Source of the DNA: an uncultured Ignavibacteriales bacterium
GTDB lineage: Bacteria > Zixibacteria > MSB-5A5 > GN15 > FEB-12
Length of the DNA: 64,000 nt
Reading direction: 5' to 3'
Assembly (NCBI GenBank): GCA_964464605.1
Contig: CAYXJN010000008.1
Coordinates: 124,001 to 188,000, forward strand
The notes below the pieces were generated by a model. The model did no database searches and was not told the origin of the DNA. It worked only from the letters and a program-made list of their open reading frames with translations. Positions 38,148 through 52,875 of the stretch are shown piece after piece (position 1 is the first letter of the stretch; each line of letters opens with the position of its first letter). The translations under genes were made by a program, and so were the position numbers.

Positions 38148-39464
38148 ATGCGAACATGGTTTTTTCTCTTTTCTTACTTTCTCTTATGCCTGTGGTGGCA
38201 GCCGTCCATAAAGGCCCAGTCGCTCCCGGATTCCGGTGCCCTACCTCCGTTATTGCGTGAGTATAGCCTTTCCGATCCGAGTGCGACAACAAGCGACTCT
38301 GTTATCACCTTATCGAAGGCTTTAGAAAGAGTCATCACACGAAATCCGTTACGACTGGCATCACATGCCGAGATCGCCGCCGCTCGCGGACGTTTGCAAC
38401 AGAGCCGATACCGGCCAAATCCGGAATTGTCTGCGGAGGTTGAAGATATTGGAAGAAGCTCAGCTTCCGGGGCAAGCCAGACGACGATTGGCGTTTCTCA
38501 ATCATTCGAGCTTTTCGGCAAGCGTAAGGCGCGTCGCGAAGTTGCAGAAGCAGGGGTAAAGGCATCGGAATTCAACGCGCAGTTCACGTTATTACAACTC
38601 TATTATGAAACCGCGCTTCGATTTGGGGAAGCAATTGGGGCGAAAGAACGGGAACTGATAGCGCGGGAGCGGTTGACGCTGATGCAAAGCATTCAGGAGG
38701 CTGTGCAGGTCAAAGTGACTGACGGTGCCGTGCCAAAAGTCGAACTACTTCGCGCTCAGTCTGCGACCAAACTTGCAGAGATTCAGTTATCGGCCGCTCA
38801 ATCCGAAGCGAGTGGAAGTCGGCTTACACTGTCATCGTTGTGGGGGGGACAGAGAGCGGATTTTGAAATTGAAGGCACACTCGATTGGTGGCTCAATAGC
38901 CCCGTGGACTCGTTATCCTTCACGATTACTGATAATCCCGAATTGGCTGGGCTTCATGCGGCACTTGCGACAAGTGAAGCTGAAGTTCGCTTGGCTCGAT
39001 CACTTGGGAAACCCGATATCACGCTGGGAGCCGGATACCGTCGTTTACACGATGATGGGGACAATGGAATCTTGTTCTCAGTGTCTCTGCCGCTTCCACT
39101 GTTCGACAGAAATAAAGGCGGAGTGGTAGAGGCTTCCTCCAACTTGGATATGCAGCGTGCCCGCATTTCAGCGGTGCAACAACGTCTGCACGGTGAACTT
39201 CAACGTCACCTCATTTCACTTCGAGTTCAGCAACAGCAGGTTACTCTCCTAAAAGAGCAAATCCTGCCGTCTGCGCGACAAGTATTGGAAGAGTTGGACA
39301 TGGCGTATCGATTGGGGAGCCAACCTTACATCAATGTTCTCGATGCTCAACGGACGCTTGCCGACCTGCAAAGTCAGCTCATTGACGCTCTGCTTATCGG
39401 CACACAAGCAGCAATCGAGATTGAAAGCATAACCGGGCATCGCATAGCATCGGTAAGGAGATAG
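38148..39464 (+). CDS. czcC: TolC-family outer membrane protein of a heavy-metal efflux system
   Basis: RPNPELS, ELFGKRKAR, SLPLPLFDRNKG, VLDAQRTL; upstream of the MFP and RND genes. Confidence 0.88.
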   Translation: MRTWFFLFSYFLLCLWWQPSIKAQSLPDSGALPPLLREYSLSDPSATTSDSVITLSKALERVITRNPLRLASHAEIAAARGRLQQSRYRPNPELSAEVEDIGRSSASGASQTTIGVSQSFELFGKRKARREVAEAGVKASEFNAQFTLLQLYYETALRFGEAIGAKERELIARERLTLMQSIQEAVQVKVTDGAVPKVELLRAQSATKLAEIQLSAAQSEASGSRLTLSSLWGGQRADFEIEGTLDWWLNSPVDSLSFTITDNPELAGLHAALATSEAEVRLARSLGKPDITLGAGYRRLHDDGDNGILFSVSLPLPLFDRNKGGVVEASSNLDMQRARISAVQQRLHGELQRHLISLRVQQQQVTLLKEQILPSARQVLEELDMAYRLGSQPYINVLDAQRTLADLQSQLIDALLIGTQAAIEIESITGHRIASVRR

Positions 39465-39469
39465 GATTC

Positions 39470-40850
39470 ATGAAAAAATATTCGTTGTATATAACAAGTA
39501 TCGCCGTTTTGGTATTGGCGGTTGGCAGTTATTTCGTACTCCAGACCGAACCGCCCCGACCGGTTGATCCGCACGGACATGGTGACAGTCATGATGAACA
39601 TGGCGGCGATGACCATGAATCTCATGATGGTGAAGACGCTCATGGAGATCATGACGCCGATGCTCATGGAGAAGATGAACATGGTGACCATGCATCGGAA
39701 CCAAGCGGCGCGCATGGCGGACGACTGCTTGCATTCGGTGATTATACAGTTGAGGTGAGCATTTTTGAAACCGATGTCCCGCCGGAATTCCGTCTCTATG
39801 TCACCGACAAAGAAGGTCATCCGGTGGCGGTTGAATCATCAGCAACCTCAGTTCTGTTGAAACGACCTGACCGCACTGATACGTTTACTTTCCGTATGGC
39901 CGATGGGTTTTTACAAAGTAAGCAGGAAGTCGGCGAACCACACGAATTCACGGTTACCTTTGCTACGACAATAGCAGGCAAGCGATTCGATACGACCTAC
40001 TTTCAGGAAGAAACCCACGGCCACGGCGGTGATGGTTCAAGTCTCGGAAGTATCGTTATCACGGATGAAGCATTGTCGTCAAACAACATTCGACTTATGC
40101 AAGCAGGGCCGGGGCGAATTGCGCAACTCGTGGAGTTACCGGGCGAAATTCTTCTCAATGCCGACAGAGTGGCACACATCGTTCCTCGTTTTCCCGGTAT
40201 CGTCCAGTCAGTACACAAAAACCTTGGTGATCAGGTTACCTCGGGTGAAGTTCTTGCGGTTATACAAAGTAACCAAAGTGTTGCTCCGTATGACGTGAAA
40301 TCATTGGTAAACGGAACAATAATTGAAAAGCATATCACGCTTGGAGAATTTGTTCGTGACGACGCAGATATCTTTGTGGTTGCAGACATGTCAACAGTAT
40401 GGGTAAAGATAAGTATCTATGCCAAGTATCTCGGACAAATAAAGACCGGTCAGAGCGTCCATTTAACAGCAAGCGGTGTTGAAGAGACTGCCGAAGGAGT
40501 AATCGACTACGTTGGGCCAATTGTCGGTGAGCGAACACGAACTGGTCAGGCGAGAGTTGTTCTCAGAAATCCCAACGGCCTATGGCTACCGGGACTTTTT
40601 GTAACGTCGGCTATTGCGGTGTCCGACTCCCAAGTTGAAATTGCGGTGCCAGACGAGGCAATCCAAACAGTCGAGGGAAAGACAGTGGTATTTGTTCGTG
40701 ATGGCGAGCGCTTCATTGCGCGAGTAATCACGCTTGGGCGCAGCGACGGCAAGATGGTTGAAATTCTGGCGGGCCTATCAGCCGGAGAAACGTATGCCGC
40801 ATCCAACAGTTTCGTGTTGAAGGCTGATTTTGGAAAGTCGGAGGCTGGTC

Positions 40851-40861
<11 letters not shown>
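39470..40861 (+). CDS. czcB: Heavy-metal efflux periplasmic adaptor with His/Asp-rich segment
   Basis: HGHGDSHDEHGGDDHESHDGEDAHGDH; HIVPRFPG; VADMSTVWV; C-terminal SEAGHDH. Confidence 0.88.
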
Positions 40862-44406
<3,545 letters not shown>

Positions 44407-44423
44407 GGTGATTATACCCACCG

Positions 44424-45407
44424 GTGAGCGAGAGCTTGCCGGTGGGCGCAGACAGCACGGAACACATGGATTATTTGACGATTTTTCTCAACGAATTGGT
44501 ATCGCTCATGGCTGAATTATGGCTGTGGTTGATATTGGGGTTTCTCATAGCTGGAATAGTCATGGAATTTGTTTCCAGCAAGACCGTCGTGCGTCATTTT
44601 GGGGACAACAGCCTGAAAAGCCTGACCAAAGCGTTACTGGCCGGTTTGATTGCATCAACCTGTTCCTGCGGTGCCATCCCTATGGCCGTCTCCCTTAGGC
44701 AAAAAGGAGCGAGTACCGCCGTTGCCCTGACGTTTCTGCTGGCCACACCGTGGTCGGGCATTCCGCAATTCTTGGTTCTGAGTAACTTCTTGGGTGTGAC
44801 TAATACTATCGTAGTCACCTTCGCTACTGTGTCTGCTGCCTTGCTGAGCGGAGTGATTTTATCGAGCTTGGAACGTCGAAAACTGATTGAGGAACCCTCA
44901 ATAGTCAGCAGCGTGAGTATTGAATGTGCCTGTAAAGTAGGTGAGGCATGTACTTGTCACCAAAGTGCAAGGAGGACACCTTGCAACCGTATTCGCAGTG
45001 TGCTGCTAAATGCATGGATGAGCTTCCGCGACATTGGCAAGTTTATGGTCATTGGTCTGCTTCTTGCTGCCGTTCTTTCAGCGTTTGTCCCGGACGATAT
45101 CGTTGGAAAATATCTTGGAAACGGCAACTCATCTGTCGCCATTCTGCTTGCAGTCCCGGTAAGTGTTGTTATCGAACTCTGCTCAGAAGGCTTCAGCATA
45201 CTTTCCGGTCAGCTCTATCTTATGGGTGCGAGCTTGGGCGTTGTATTCGTGATGCTGATGGTGGGCGTTACGACGGATATTACGGAAATCACGGTGGTTT
45301 GGGGGAAATTCGGTAAGCGATCAGCTCTTGCGTATGTTCTCACATCAACTGTTGTAGCAGTTGTTATCGCCTATATGCTAAATTTTGTATGGATGCGAGT
45401 TCGCTGA
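44424..45407 (+). CDS. DUF318/ArsP-like permease with Cys-rich loop
   Basis: TCSCGAIPMA, FLLATP, ECACKVGEACTC, ELCSEG; start may be ATG 44466. Confidence 0.8.
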   Translation: MSESLPVGADSTEHMDYLTIFLNELVSLMAELWLWLILGFLIAGIVMEFVSSKTVVRHFGDNSLKSLTKALLAGLIASTCSCGAIPMAVSLRQKGASTAVALTFLLATPWSGIPQFLVLSNFLGVTNTIVVTFATVSAALLSGVILSSLERRKLIEEPSIVSSVSIECACKVGEACTCHQSARRTPCNRIRSVLLNAWMSFRDIGKFMVIGLLLAAVLSAFVPDDIVGKYLGNGNSSVAILLAVPVSVVIELCSEGFSILSGQLYLMGASLGVVFVMLMVGVTTDITEITVVWGKFGKRSALAYVLTSTVVAVVIAYMLNFVWMRVR

Positions 45408-45416
45408 AAATCGGTT

Positions 45417-45548
45417 ATGTACTTACGGTTGGTATTCGGGTTTTCCATAGCCGGAGTGGCCGTCGAATTTGTCTCAAGCAAGACCATTGTTCGGCACTTT
45501 GGCGATAACAACTTGAAGAGCCTCGCCATAGCGTCACCTTGCAGTTAG
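45417..45548 (+). pseudogene. Diverged 5' fragment of a second copy of the permease
   Basis: LVFGFSIAGVAVEFVSSKTIVRHFGDNNLKSL, versus LILGFLIAGIVMEFVSSKTVVRHFGDNSLKSL in the upstream gene. Confidence 0.75.
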
Positions 45549-45602
45549 AAGGACTCTATTCAGAGCTGAAGCATATAAATTAAGAAGTTTGTGTTATGAA
45601 AG

Positions 45603-45669
45603 AGCCGGACGGTTGCTTGTCCGGCTTTCCTTTAAGTAGTGCTTTGGTGCAGTTTGGACGAATTAAGAC
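45603..45669. repeat. 67-bp direct repeat family 2, copy 1 (terminator-like hairpin plus TGGTGCAGTTTGGA core)
   Basis: 57/67 identical to 47268-47334 by hand alignment; hairpin agccggac..gtccggct. Confidence 0.8.
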
Positions 45670-45731
45670 AAACCTCGTTAAAAATGGAAATTCACTAACC
45701 AATATCACCGACTAATCGAATTTATTGCAGC

Positions 45732-45760
45732 TTGACACTGCTTAGGACTACATCTAACTT
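45732..45760 (+). promoter_or_regulatory. sigma70-like promoter TTGACA-N17-TAACTT
   Basis: TTGACActgcttaggactacatcTAACTT before ATG 45776; same layout as the promoter of the paralog at 3588. Confidence 0.6.
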
Positions 45761-45775
45761 TTTTCAATAAATATT

Positions 45776-46600
45776 ATGAGTACCATTACCAATCCAAGCA
45801 AGGCTTTGTGGGAGAAGGGTGATTTCACCGAAATTGCTGCTTTTATGCGCCAGTCGGGAGAGGCGTTAGTCCTCTCTCTTGGGCTGAAAATGCCTTTGCG
45901 AGCTCTTGACCTTGCCTGTGGAGATGGCACAACTGCGGTTCCTTTGGCGCAATTAGGTGCAGAGGTTACCGGAGTTGATATTGTCGGAAAGTTCGTTGAA
46001 GCCGGAAACAAGAGGGCAAAAGAGCAAGGTCTTAGCAGGTTGCAATTTCAGGAAGGGGATGCATGCAACTTGCACGGAATAGGCGATCATTCGTTTGATC
46101 TGACACTCTCGGTTTTCGGTGCCATGTTTGCTCCGAAGCCGTTCGACGTTGCAAAGGAGATGGTTAGGGTCACGAAACCGGGCGGCCGAATAGTTATGGG
46201 TAACTGGATTCCTGATGATCCGATTTCATTCGTGTCGCTACTACTCAAGATCAGTTCGTCTTTCATGCCTCCACCTCGTGATGGCGCTGTGAGTCCGATG
46301 GCGTGGGGGGTGGAGTCTCATATTGTCGAACGTTTTGGTCAAGCCGGAGTGTCACCGAGCAATATAGCTATGGTCAAGGGCACATATTCCTTTATTACTC
46401 CAAACACTCCAGCGAATTTCATTGAGACCTTTAGACGATTCTACAGTCCAACGATGAAGGCATTCGAAGTGGCGCAAGCAAACGGAAAAACGGAAGAGCT
46501 GCACCAGCAACTCCTTGAACTTGCCGAAGCGCAAAACAGAGCCACGGACGGCAGTACAGCGATTGATGCTACCTTCATGCGAGTGACTGTTAGCGTCTGA
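45776..46600 (+). CDS. Class I SAM-dependent methyltransferase, paralog of 3588-4409
   Basis: ALDLACGDG; colinear with the 3588 protein over its full length. Confidence 0.9.
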   Translation: MSTITNPSKALWEKGDFTEIAAFMRQSGEALVLSLGLKMPLRALDLACGDGTTAVPLAQLGAEVTGVDIVGKFVEAGNKRAKEQGLSRLQFQEGDACNLHGIGDHSFDLTLSVFGAMFAPKPFDVAKEMVRVTKPGGRIVMGNWIPDDPISFVSLLLKISSSFMPPPRDGAVSPMAWGVESHIVERFGQAGVSPSNIAMVKGTYSFITPNTPANFIETFRRFYSPTMKAFEVAQANGKTEELHQQLLELAEAQNRATDGSTAIDATFMRVTVSV

Positions 46601-46679
46601 GAATTGCATTGCCAGTCGAGTTTACCTTTTAGTATATTTCTCTATATTTGTGATACACACAGGTTACCAAAGGAGAAAA

Positions 46680-47210
46680 ATGAAAGCTGTCGTCTTCACA
46701 CTGTTAATGGCTATATCAGTTACCGTATCAGCACAGACAAGTAAGCAGGATAGTCTTTGGGCACCGTTTAAATTCTTTGTAGGTGAATGGCACGGTGAAG
46801 CCGAAGGGCAATCAGGTAAAGGCACTTACGAGCGCTCATATCAATTCACGCTTAAAAACAGATTTATCGAGATAAAGAATACCGCGACCTACCCGCCACA
46901 GGAAGCCAATAAAAAGGGAGAAGTTCACGAGGATCGCGGCTTTATCAGCTATGATCAAATGCGCAAGACCTTTGTATTAAGACAGTTTCACGTTGAAGGG
47001 TTTGTCAACCAATACAAACTGGAAAGTATATCCGATGATGGCAAAACTATTACCTTTGTAACGGAAGGCATTGAGAATATTCCAGACGGTTTTCGTGCGA
47101 AGGAAGTGTATCAACTGACAAGCGATAATGAGTTTACTGAAACCTTTTCAATTGCTGAGCCGGGAAAAGACTTTGAAGTATATTCGACCGTAAAATTGAA
47201 GAAGAAATAA
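46680..47210 (+). CDS. Exported beta-barrel protein (DUF1579/nitrobindin-like)
   Basis: AAGGAG RBS; signal peptide; FFVGEWHG; HEDRGFISYD; LRQFHVEGFVNQY. Confidence 0.6.
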   Translation: MKAVVFTLLMAISVTVSAQTSKQDSLWAPFKFFVGEWHGEAEGQSGKGTYERSYQFTLKNRFIEIKNTATYPPQEANKKGEVHEDRGFISYDQMRKTFVLRQFHVEGFVNQYKLESISDDGKTITFVTEGIENIPDGFRAKEVYQLTSDNEFTETFSIAEPGKDFEVYSTVKLKKK

Positions 47211-47267
47211 CTCCTACACAAAAATCAGAATCCGATTAAAACCAAACTAATTTTCAAGACAGTATGA

Positions 47268-47334
47268 AGCCGGACAGTTGCTTGTTCGGCTTTTCTTCAA
47301 GTAGCACATTGGTGCAGTTTGGATGATTTGAGAC
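47268..47334. repeat. 67-bp direct repeat family 2, copy 2
   Basis: See 45603-45669. Confidence 0.8.
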
Positions 47335-47385
47335 GGCTATATTCCACAAATACTCAAAAGATATTTGCTGATATTACAACTAATC

Positions 47386-48600
47386 CTATCGTTCAGCTTG
47401 TAGGGGTAAATAACCACTTTGAATCAGATGTCTTGAAACGACTGTGCTGATTGTATCGAAAGCGATCGCTTTGAAATGTACTTCGTCAAAAAAGTATTCC
47501 TGAGTTTTGGGGATATGTTTTTCAAGGTCAATGAGCTGTACACTGCGATTTTGAGCGATTTTCTTTAAGCAGTCGTTGTATTGCTTACATGCAGACACCA
47601 TATTTTCAAATGCCCATTCCTTCGTTTTTCCACTGAATTGCTCAACGAACATAGCAAGCTGCGTCTGTTCCGCGAGGGGCATATCTATTCGATAGCGAAA
47701 CGGCTGTGTTAAGAGAATAACGGGAATGCTATCTAAACGGCAGATGTCTATGAATGCATCGATATTTTTCTCAAATGAGGTAAGCCCAGGGAATGAATCG
47801 GTGCGAACAACAGTGCGGGGCTCGAAATACCATAGCCCATCAAGAAAATCAAGCGCTGATCGCTCCATCGATTTTTTGTCTACTAAACGTGCTACTGCGC
47901 CGGCATAGTGACGATAGTCGGGTTCGAACGATGTGCGGCAGAAATGATTGAAGTCAATGTTAATAAATATATCGTTGATTCCGTGCATCACTAAGATCAA
48001 ATCTGGTTTCAGCTGGCGAAGTTGAAAGAAATGCTGGAGCAATGTGTGCTGACTGGTATACCACTCACGGCCGCAATTGTAGACCTCTATCGGCCGTGTT
48101 GCTGTATACATGCCAAGGCTCTCTTGCACTAAGCGCGGCCATTCTCGACCGCGCTCATCGGCATACTCGGTGGTTGATCCGCCAACGCAAAATATTCTGA
48201 ATGGCTTTACGTCGCTTGTGGCTGTTTGCCACTGTATTGGATTGGGGGAAACTTGAAGGTAGGGGTGAAATTTTGCCAACTTTTGTTCAGAAACGTTGCC
48301 GTAGTAGATGAACGCCGCCACTGGATAGAAAAGTAAAACAGCCAAGAGCAGGCAGAGGCCTATTACAGCTATCCCCATTTTGGGTACTTTCCCGAGCCGT
48401 GTTCCCAAATAGAGTGCAAGCGCGCCTATTCCAAGCACAGGCACACCAATGCGTAATGCCCAAAGCACAATTGTCGCCGTTCCAGCACGGTTGCCATAGA
48501 ATATTCTGGGATCCGGATCCCAGAAACCTATGTAGATGAAAATGAATCCTATCAAAAAAATGAAACAAAAGAGGTAATCAAAAATTGTTAGTTTCTTCAT
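47386..48600 (-). CDS. Membrane-anchored SGNH/GDSL hydrolase
   Basis: Three N-terminal TM helices; CVGGSTT, HGIND, FFDEVHF. Confidence 0.85.
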   Translation of the reverse strand: MKKLTIFDYLFCFIFLIGFIFIYIGFWDPDPRIFYGNRAGTATIVLWALRIGVPVLGIGALALYLGTRLGKVPKMGIAVIGLCLLLAVLLFYPVAAFIYYGNVSEQKLAKFHPYLQVSPNPIQWQTATSDVKPFRIFCVGGSTTEYADERGREWPRLVQESLGMYTATRPIEVYNCGREWYTSQHTLLQHFFQLRQLKPDLILVMHGINDIFINIDFNHFCRTSFEPDYRHYAGAVARLVDKKSMERSALDFLDGLWYFEPRTVVRTDSFPGLTSFEKNIDAFIDICRLDSIPVILLTQPFRYRIDMPLAEQTQLAMFVEQFSGKTKEWAFENMVSACKQYNDCLKKIAQNRSVQLIDLEKHIPKTQEYFFDEVHFKAIAFDTISTVVSRHLIQSGYLPLQAER

Positions 48601-48954
48601 GCTAATATCATCCTATCAGTCGCTTCACGACCTCTTAGGCGCACGTCGTGGTAGTACAGCGAGCGATTACAGGGAATGGGCAGCTCATTAATTTCCATGT
48701 GCGAAATCATGAAACGCTGTACTCAGATGCACGGTAGAAAAAAATAAATGTTATAAATCGTCTACTCAAAAAATGCTTAACCGATTGAACGACAAGGAGA
48801 AGAGGTGATGCCGCGTGTTTTGCTGTCGAGTGTAGTTTTACAGGTATGATGGGTATCGTGTCGAATATTCACAGATCAACGGGCAAGGGGAGAGGGAAAA
48901 CAGTCTTGTAGCGTGTCGATTGACCAGCATTAAAAAAGATTACCGGCTTCTACG

Positions 48955-48981
48955 CTGTACTTATATACGGGGTTGTATAAT
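48955..48981 (+). promoter_or_regulatory. Possible MerR-type operator and -10 box
   Basis: Near-palindrome CTGTA-cttata-TACGG followed by TATAAT (48976-48981); -35 box poor. Confidence 0.4.
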
Positions 48982-49010
48982 AAGCAAGGAAAGTTGCGTA
49001 AAGAGGAAGT

Positions 49011-49436
49011 ATGCAATCTGGGACATTAGCAAATTTGGCGGGAGTTAACAAGGAAACCCTGCGGTTTTATGAACGCGAAGGGCTTTTACGAAAACCTGAA
49101 CGTACGGCGGGTGGATATCGGGCGTATGCGGAGACGGATCTCAAACGTCTCGTGTTTATTAAGAATGCGCAGCAATTTGGCTTCTCTCTGGCTGAAATCC
49201 GAGAACTGCTTGCCCTCGCTGACGGCCGGGTGATCGACCGATCGGAAGTACGTCACCTTGCGAAACGACGCGTTGACCAAATAACATATCAAGTAACTCT
49301 GTTGAATCACTTGCGAAAGACGCTGCAACAATTGATTGGCCGGTGTAGCCATACCCGTGTTGTAGAGCGTTGTCCAATTATCGAAAGTCTGTCAGTTGTA
49401 CCCACCAAGAAGAGTGGCAGAAAGAAGCATCAATGA
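49011..49436 (+). CDS. MerR-family heavy-metal regulator (CueR-like)
   Basis: [31 protein letters not shown]-terminal C-x9-CPIIESL; upstream of the Cu ATPase. Confidence 0.88.
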   Translation: MQSGTLANLAGVNKETLRFYEREGLLRKPERTAGGYRAYAETDLKRLVFIKNAQQFGFSLAEIRELLALADGRVIDRSEVRHLAKRRVDQITYQVTLLNHLRKTLQQLIGRCSHTRVVERCPIIESLSVVPTKKSGRKKHQ

Positions 49437-51757
49437 ATCTCCCACTTATTACTATCGATCCAGTCTGTGGCATGACCGTTTCCGAATCGTCGAAACTGCG
49501 TTCCGATTACAATGGAAAGACCTATTTATTCTGTTCACTTGGATGCTTGACGAAGTTCAAGGATAATCCGGAAAAATACATCGGTGCACCGAAAGTATCA
49601 CCTTCCTCAAGCCCGTCAGCAAAGGATATGACAACAGACGTGCGCGAGTATACATGTCCGATGCACCCCGAAATCAGCAAGATTGGTCCTGGCACTTGTC
49701 CGATATGCGGCATGGCACTGGAACCGCGCGAAATTAGTAATCATCCAGATGACAACGAAGAATTGCATAGTATGAGTCAGCGTTTCTGGGTAAGTGCGAT
49801 CTTGTCAGTGCCGCTGGTTATTTTGGCGATGGGTGAGTTTATACCGGGGCGCCCCATAGAGCATTTGCTATCGCATAACGCAATAAGTTGGCTTAAGCTC
49901 GTATTGGCAACGCCGATTGTGCTATGGGGAGGCTGGCCTTTCTTTGAACGGTTTTGGCACTCGCTACGTAATCGCCATTTGAATATGTTTACGCTCATCG
50001 GCCTCGGCGTTGCTGTCGCCTATGCTTACAGCGTGTTGACTGTACTCACACCGACCATTTTTCCGCAGGCATTTCGCATGGAGTCGGGAGTGGTAGCCGA
50101 CTATTTTGAAGCGGCTTCCATCATTGTGACGCTTGTTCTGCTGGGGCAAGTCTTGGAATTACGGGCGCGCAGCCAGACCGGTAGCGCAATTCGCGCATTG
50201 CTCAATCTCGCGCCAAAAACAGCCCGATTGGTCAAGCAGAATGGTGCGGAAGAAGATGTAGCCCTTGAAATGGTGCAGGTCGGCGATCATTTGCGCGTCC
50301 GGCCGGGTGACAAGATCCCGGTTGACGGCATAGTATTACATGGCACCAGTGTGGTCGATGAATCAATGGTGACCGGTGAGTCAATGCCAGTTGCTAAGAC
50401 ATCTGGGGCTAAGGTCATTGGCGGCACAATCAATAGTACCGGTTCGTTTGTCATGCGCGCTGAGAAGGTGGGAAAGGAAACCCTGCTATCGCGCATAGTG
50501 AATATGGTGGTTGATGCCCAGCGAAGTCGTGCCCCAATTCAGCGGTTGGTAGACACTATTTCGTCGTACTTCGTGCCTATTGTGATTGTTGTCGCGTTAG
50601 TAACTTTCGTGATATGGGCATTGATTGGGCCTGAACCAAAATTCGCCTATGCGCTCGTCAATGCAGTTGCTGTTCTCATTATTGCGTGCCCGTGTGCTTT
50701 AGGGTTGGCCACGCCGATGTCAATTATGGTCGCATCGGGAAAAGGTGCGTCGGTCGGCGTGCTGTTTAAGAACGCCGAGGCAATTGAGACTTTGCATAAA
50801 GTCGATACGCTCGTGGTTGATAAAACGGGAACGCTGACGCAAGGGAAACCCACCCTCGTGATTGTGCATGTAGTATCAGGCTGGGATGAGAGACTGATAC
50901 TCTCGTATGCGGCAGGTCTGGAACGTAACAGTGAGCACCCGTTGGCGGCGGCTATCCTCTCTGGTATCGAAGCACGAAATATCTCGCCAGCGGATATCGA
51001 ATCGTTTCGGTCTGTAACGGGAAAAGGCATCACTGGAACCGTTCATGGTAAATCCCTTGCACTTGGAAACTCAACATTGTTGCGTGAGATGAACATTTCA
51101 ATCGGGGAATTGGGCAGCATGGCCAAAAAACTGCAAGCTGAGGGGCAAACCGTCATGTACTTTGCGGTTGATCAACAAATAGTGGGGTTGTTCGGCGTCA
51201 CTGACCCTATTAAAGAAACAACTCCGTTGGCTATCGAAGAGCTGCATAAGCGAGGTATCCGCATTGTCATGCTCAGCGGCGACAACAGCGCGACCGCACA
51301 GACTGTCGCCAGTGCGCTCGGTATTGATCAAGTCATTGCCGAAGTGCTGCCAGATGAAAAAGCAGCTGTAATTTGGTCTCTCCAATCAGAAGGACACTTT
51401 GTTGCTATGGCAGGAGATGGTGTAAATGATGCCCCAGCACTGGCGCAGGCAAATGTTGGCATTGCAATGGGCACGGGCACTGACGTCGCAATGGAAAGTG
51501 CCCACGTGACGTTGGTCAAAGGTGATCTTATGGGTATCATACGTGCACTAAATCTCAGCTACTGCACCATGCGCAACATAAAGCAGAATCTCTTTTTTGC
51601 CTTCATCTATAATGTCATTGGTGTACCGATTGCAGCGGGCATACTGTATCCGATTTTTGGGCTTTTGCTGAGTCCGATGATTGCGGCTGGTGCGATGAGC
51701 CTGAGTTCGGTATCGGTGATTTGGAATTCTTTGCGCTTGCGCCGTTTGAAACTTTGA
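49433..51757 (+). CDS. copA: Cu(I)/Ag(I) P1B-type ATPase with YHS and heavy-metal-binding domains
   Basis: DPVCGM, YTCPMHP..CPICGM, TGES, CPCALG, DKTGT, SEHP, GDGVND, YN, MSLSS; start refined to MNLPL. Confidence 0.93.
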   Translation: MNLPLITIDPVCGMTVSESSKLRSDYNGKTYLFCSLGCLTKFKDNPEKYIGAPKVSPSSSPSAKDMTTDVREYTCPMHPEISKIGPGTCPICGMALEPREISNHPDDNEELHSMSQRFWVSAILSVPLVILAMGEFIPGRPIEHLLSHNAISWLKLVLATPIVLWGGWPFFERFWHSLRNRHLNMFTLIGLGVAVAYAYSVLTVLTPTIFPQAFRMESGVVADYFEAASIIVTLVLLGQVLELRARSQTGSAIRALLNLAPKTARLVKQNGAEEDVALEMVQVGDHLRVRPGDKIPVDGIVLHGTSVVDESMVTGESMPVAKTSGAKVIGGTINSTGSFVMRAEKVGKETLLSRIVNMVVDAQRSRAPIQRLVDTISSYFVPIVIVVALVTFVIWALIGPEPKFAYALVNAVAVLIIACPCALGLATPMSIMVASGKGASVGVLFKNAEAIETLHKVDTLVVDKTGTLTQGKPTLVIVHVVSGWDERLILSYAAGLERNSEHPLAAAILSGIEARNISPADIESFRSVTGKGITGTVHGKSLALGNSTLLREMNISIGELGSMAKKLQAEGQTVMYFAVDQQIVGLFGVTDPIKETTPLAIEELHKRGIRIVMLSGDNSATAQTVASALGIDQVIAEVLPDEKAAVIWSLQSEGHFVAMAGDGVNDAPALAQANVGIAMGTGTDVAMESAHVTLVKGDLMGIIRALNLSYCTMRNIKQNLFFAFIYNVIGVPIAAGILYPIFGLLLSPMIAAGAMSLSSVSVIWNSLRLRRLKL

Positions 51758-51837
51758 GTCACACATGCAAACGTGCTGAGTTCGCTAAGTATGTATGTGT
51801 AGAAGTTATAAACAGAAATTTATGAAGAAGGAAACGC

Positions 51838-52101
51838 ATGAAAAAACGATCTGTTGAAGTATTTATTGCCGGCTGTCCTGCCTGTGATGAAACGGTTGCG
51901 CTGGTTAAGGCCACGGCCTGCGCAGACTGTGAAGTCAGCGTTCACGATATGCGAACTGAGCATGCCCAAGTGGAAGCCAAGAAATACAACATTCATCGCT
52001 TTCCAACTGTGGTCGTCGATGGTCACATTGCAGGCTGCTGCCAACAACAACCAGTCGACGCAAAAATCCTGCGCGAAATGGGTGTCGGATTACCATTGTA
52101 G
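51838..52101 (+). CDS. Small thioredoxin/glutaredoxin-like protein
   Basis: VEVFIAGCPAC, PTVVVDG, GCC. Confidence 0.8.
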   Translation: MKKRSVEVFIAGCPACDETVALVKATACADCEVSVHDMRTEHAQVEAKKYNIHRFPTVVVDGHIAGCCQQQPVDAKILREMGVGLPL

Positions 52102-52115
52102 CCATGATTATGAAG

Positions 52116-52149
52116 CATCGGGGCAAGGCATCGATACTTCGCCCCGATG
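52116..52149. terminator. Hairpin between convergent genes
   Basis: CATCGGGGC...GCCCCGATG inverted repeat. Confidence 0.6.
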
Positions 52150-52214
52150 AAAGTATGCACTCCTATCTGCACTATGTAAGCGTTCATTCAGTGATGCTGG
52201 TGCGCGGTTTCGGC

Positions 52215-52805
52215 TTACTTTTCCTTTATCACCAAATCCATTCCGCACTTTGGACAGGAACTGGGTTTATCACTCGTCACCTCCGGATGCATGGGGCAAA
52301 CATATATTTTTTGTTCTACACCTGCGGTGTCGTGCGAAGGTTTCAGATCTTTTGCAGCGTACAGATTTTCGATGAATTTCAATTCGCCGTCCAGTGTGTC
52401 AATCAGGATTGCGACTTTAGCAGAGTCACCTGCATCACCGGCTTCATCCAAACGTGCCACGAGACTCGGAATACGTTTGGCTGCCTTTGTTAAGGACATC
52501 GACTTTTCCTTGATCAGCATTTTCGATTTTGCAGGCAGCATAGCGACCAAATCCTGAATGGTGAACGCGATATGGTGTATGTCATCCAAATCCTTTGCTA
52601 AAAGTTTTGTGTGTAATGCTTTCTGCTGTGTTTCGATTGCATTCCATAGGGTAGGGAGTGTATTGAGACTGTCGGTCTTATGTGTGCCTTTGACTTGCAC
52701 GGTGTCAGCATGATCATGGTTGTCCTGAGCAATCGCTGGAGTTATGCCAAAAGCGAACAGGAGTAAGAACAACGGTGTCATGCGAAATAGTTTGGTAGTT
52801 TTCAT
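52215..52805 (-). CDS. Exported helical protein with C-terminal heavy-metal-binding domain
   Basis: AAGGA RBS; signal peptide; DIHHIAF; YVCPMHPEVTSDKPSSCPKCGMDL. Confidence 0.8.
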   Translation of the reverse strand: MKTTKLFRMTPLFLLLFAFGITPAIAQDNHDHADTVQVKGTHKTDSLNTLPTLWNAIETQQKALHTKLLAKDLDDIHHIAFTIQDLVAMLPAKSKMLIKEKSMSLTKAAKRIPSLVARLDEAGDAGDSAKVAILIDTLDGELKFIENLYAAKDLKPSHDTAGVEQKIYVCPMHPEVTSDKPSSCPKCGMDLVIKEK

Positions 52806-52875
52806 TTCATATTCCTTGTCGTTGTGTGTTTTTATAGTGCCAACTGTTTGCAAATTGGGTCGTCATTCTGTTTCT

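Noticed and set aside
39560..39700. Repetitive CATGG/GATGA-rich DNA
   Set aside because: Explained by the His/Asp/Gly-rich coding segment of CzcB.
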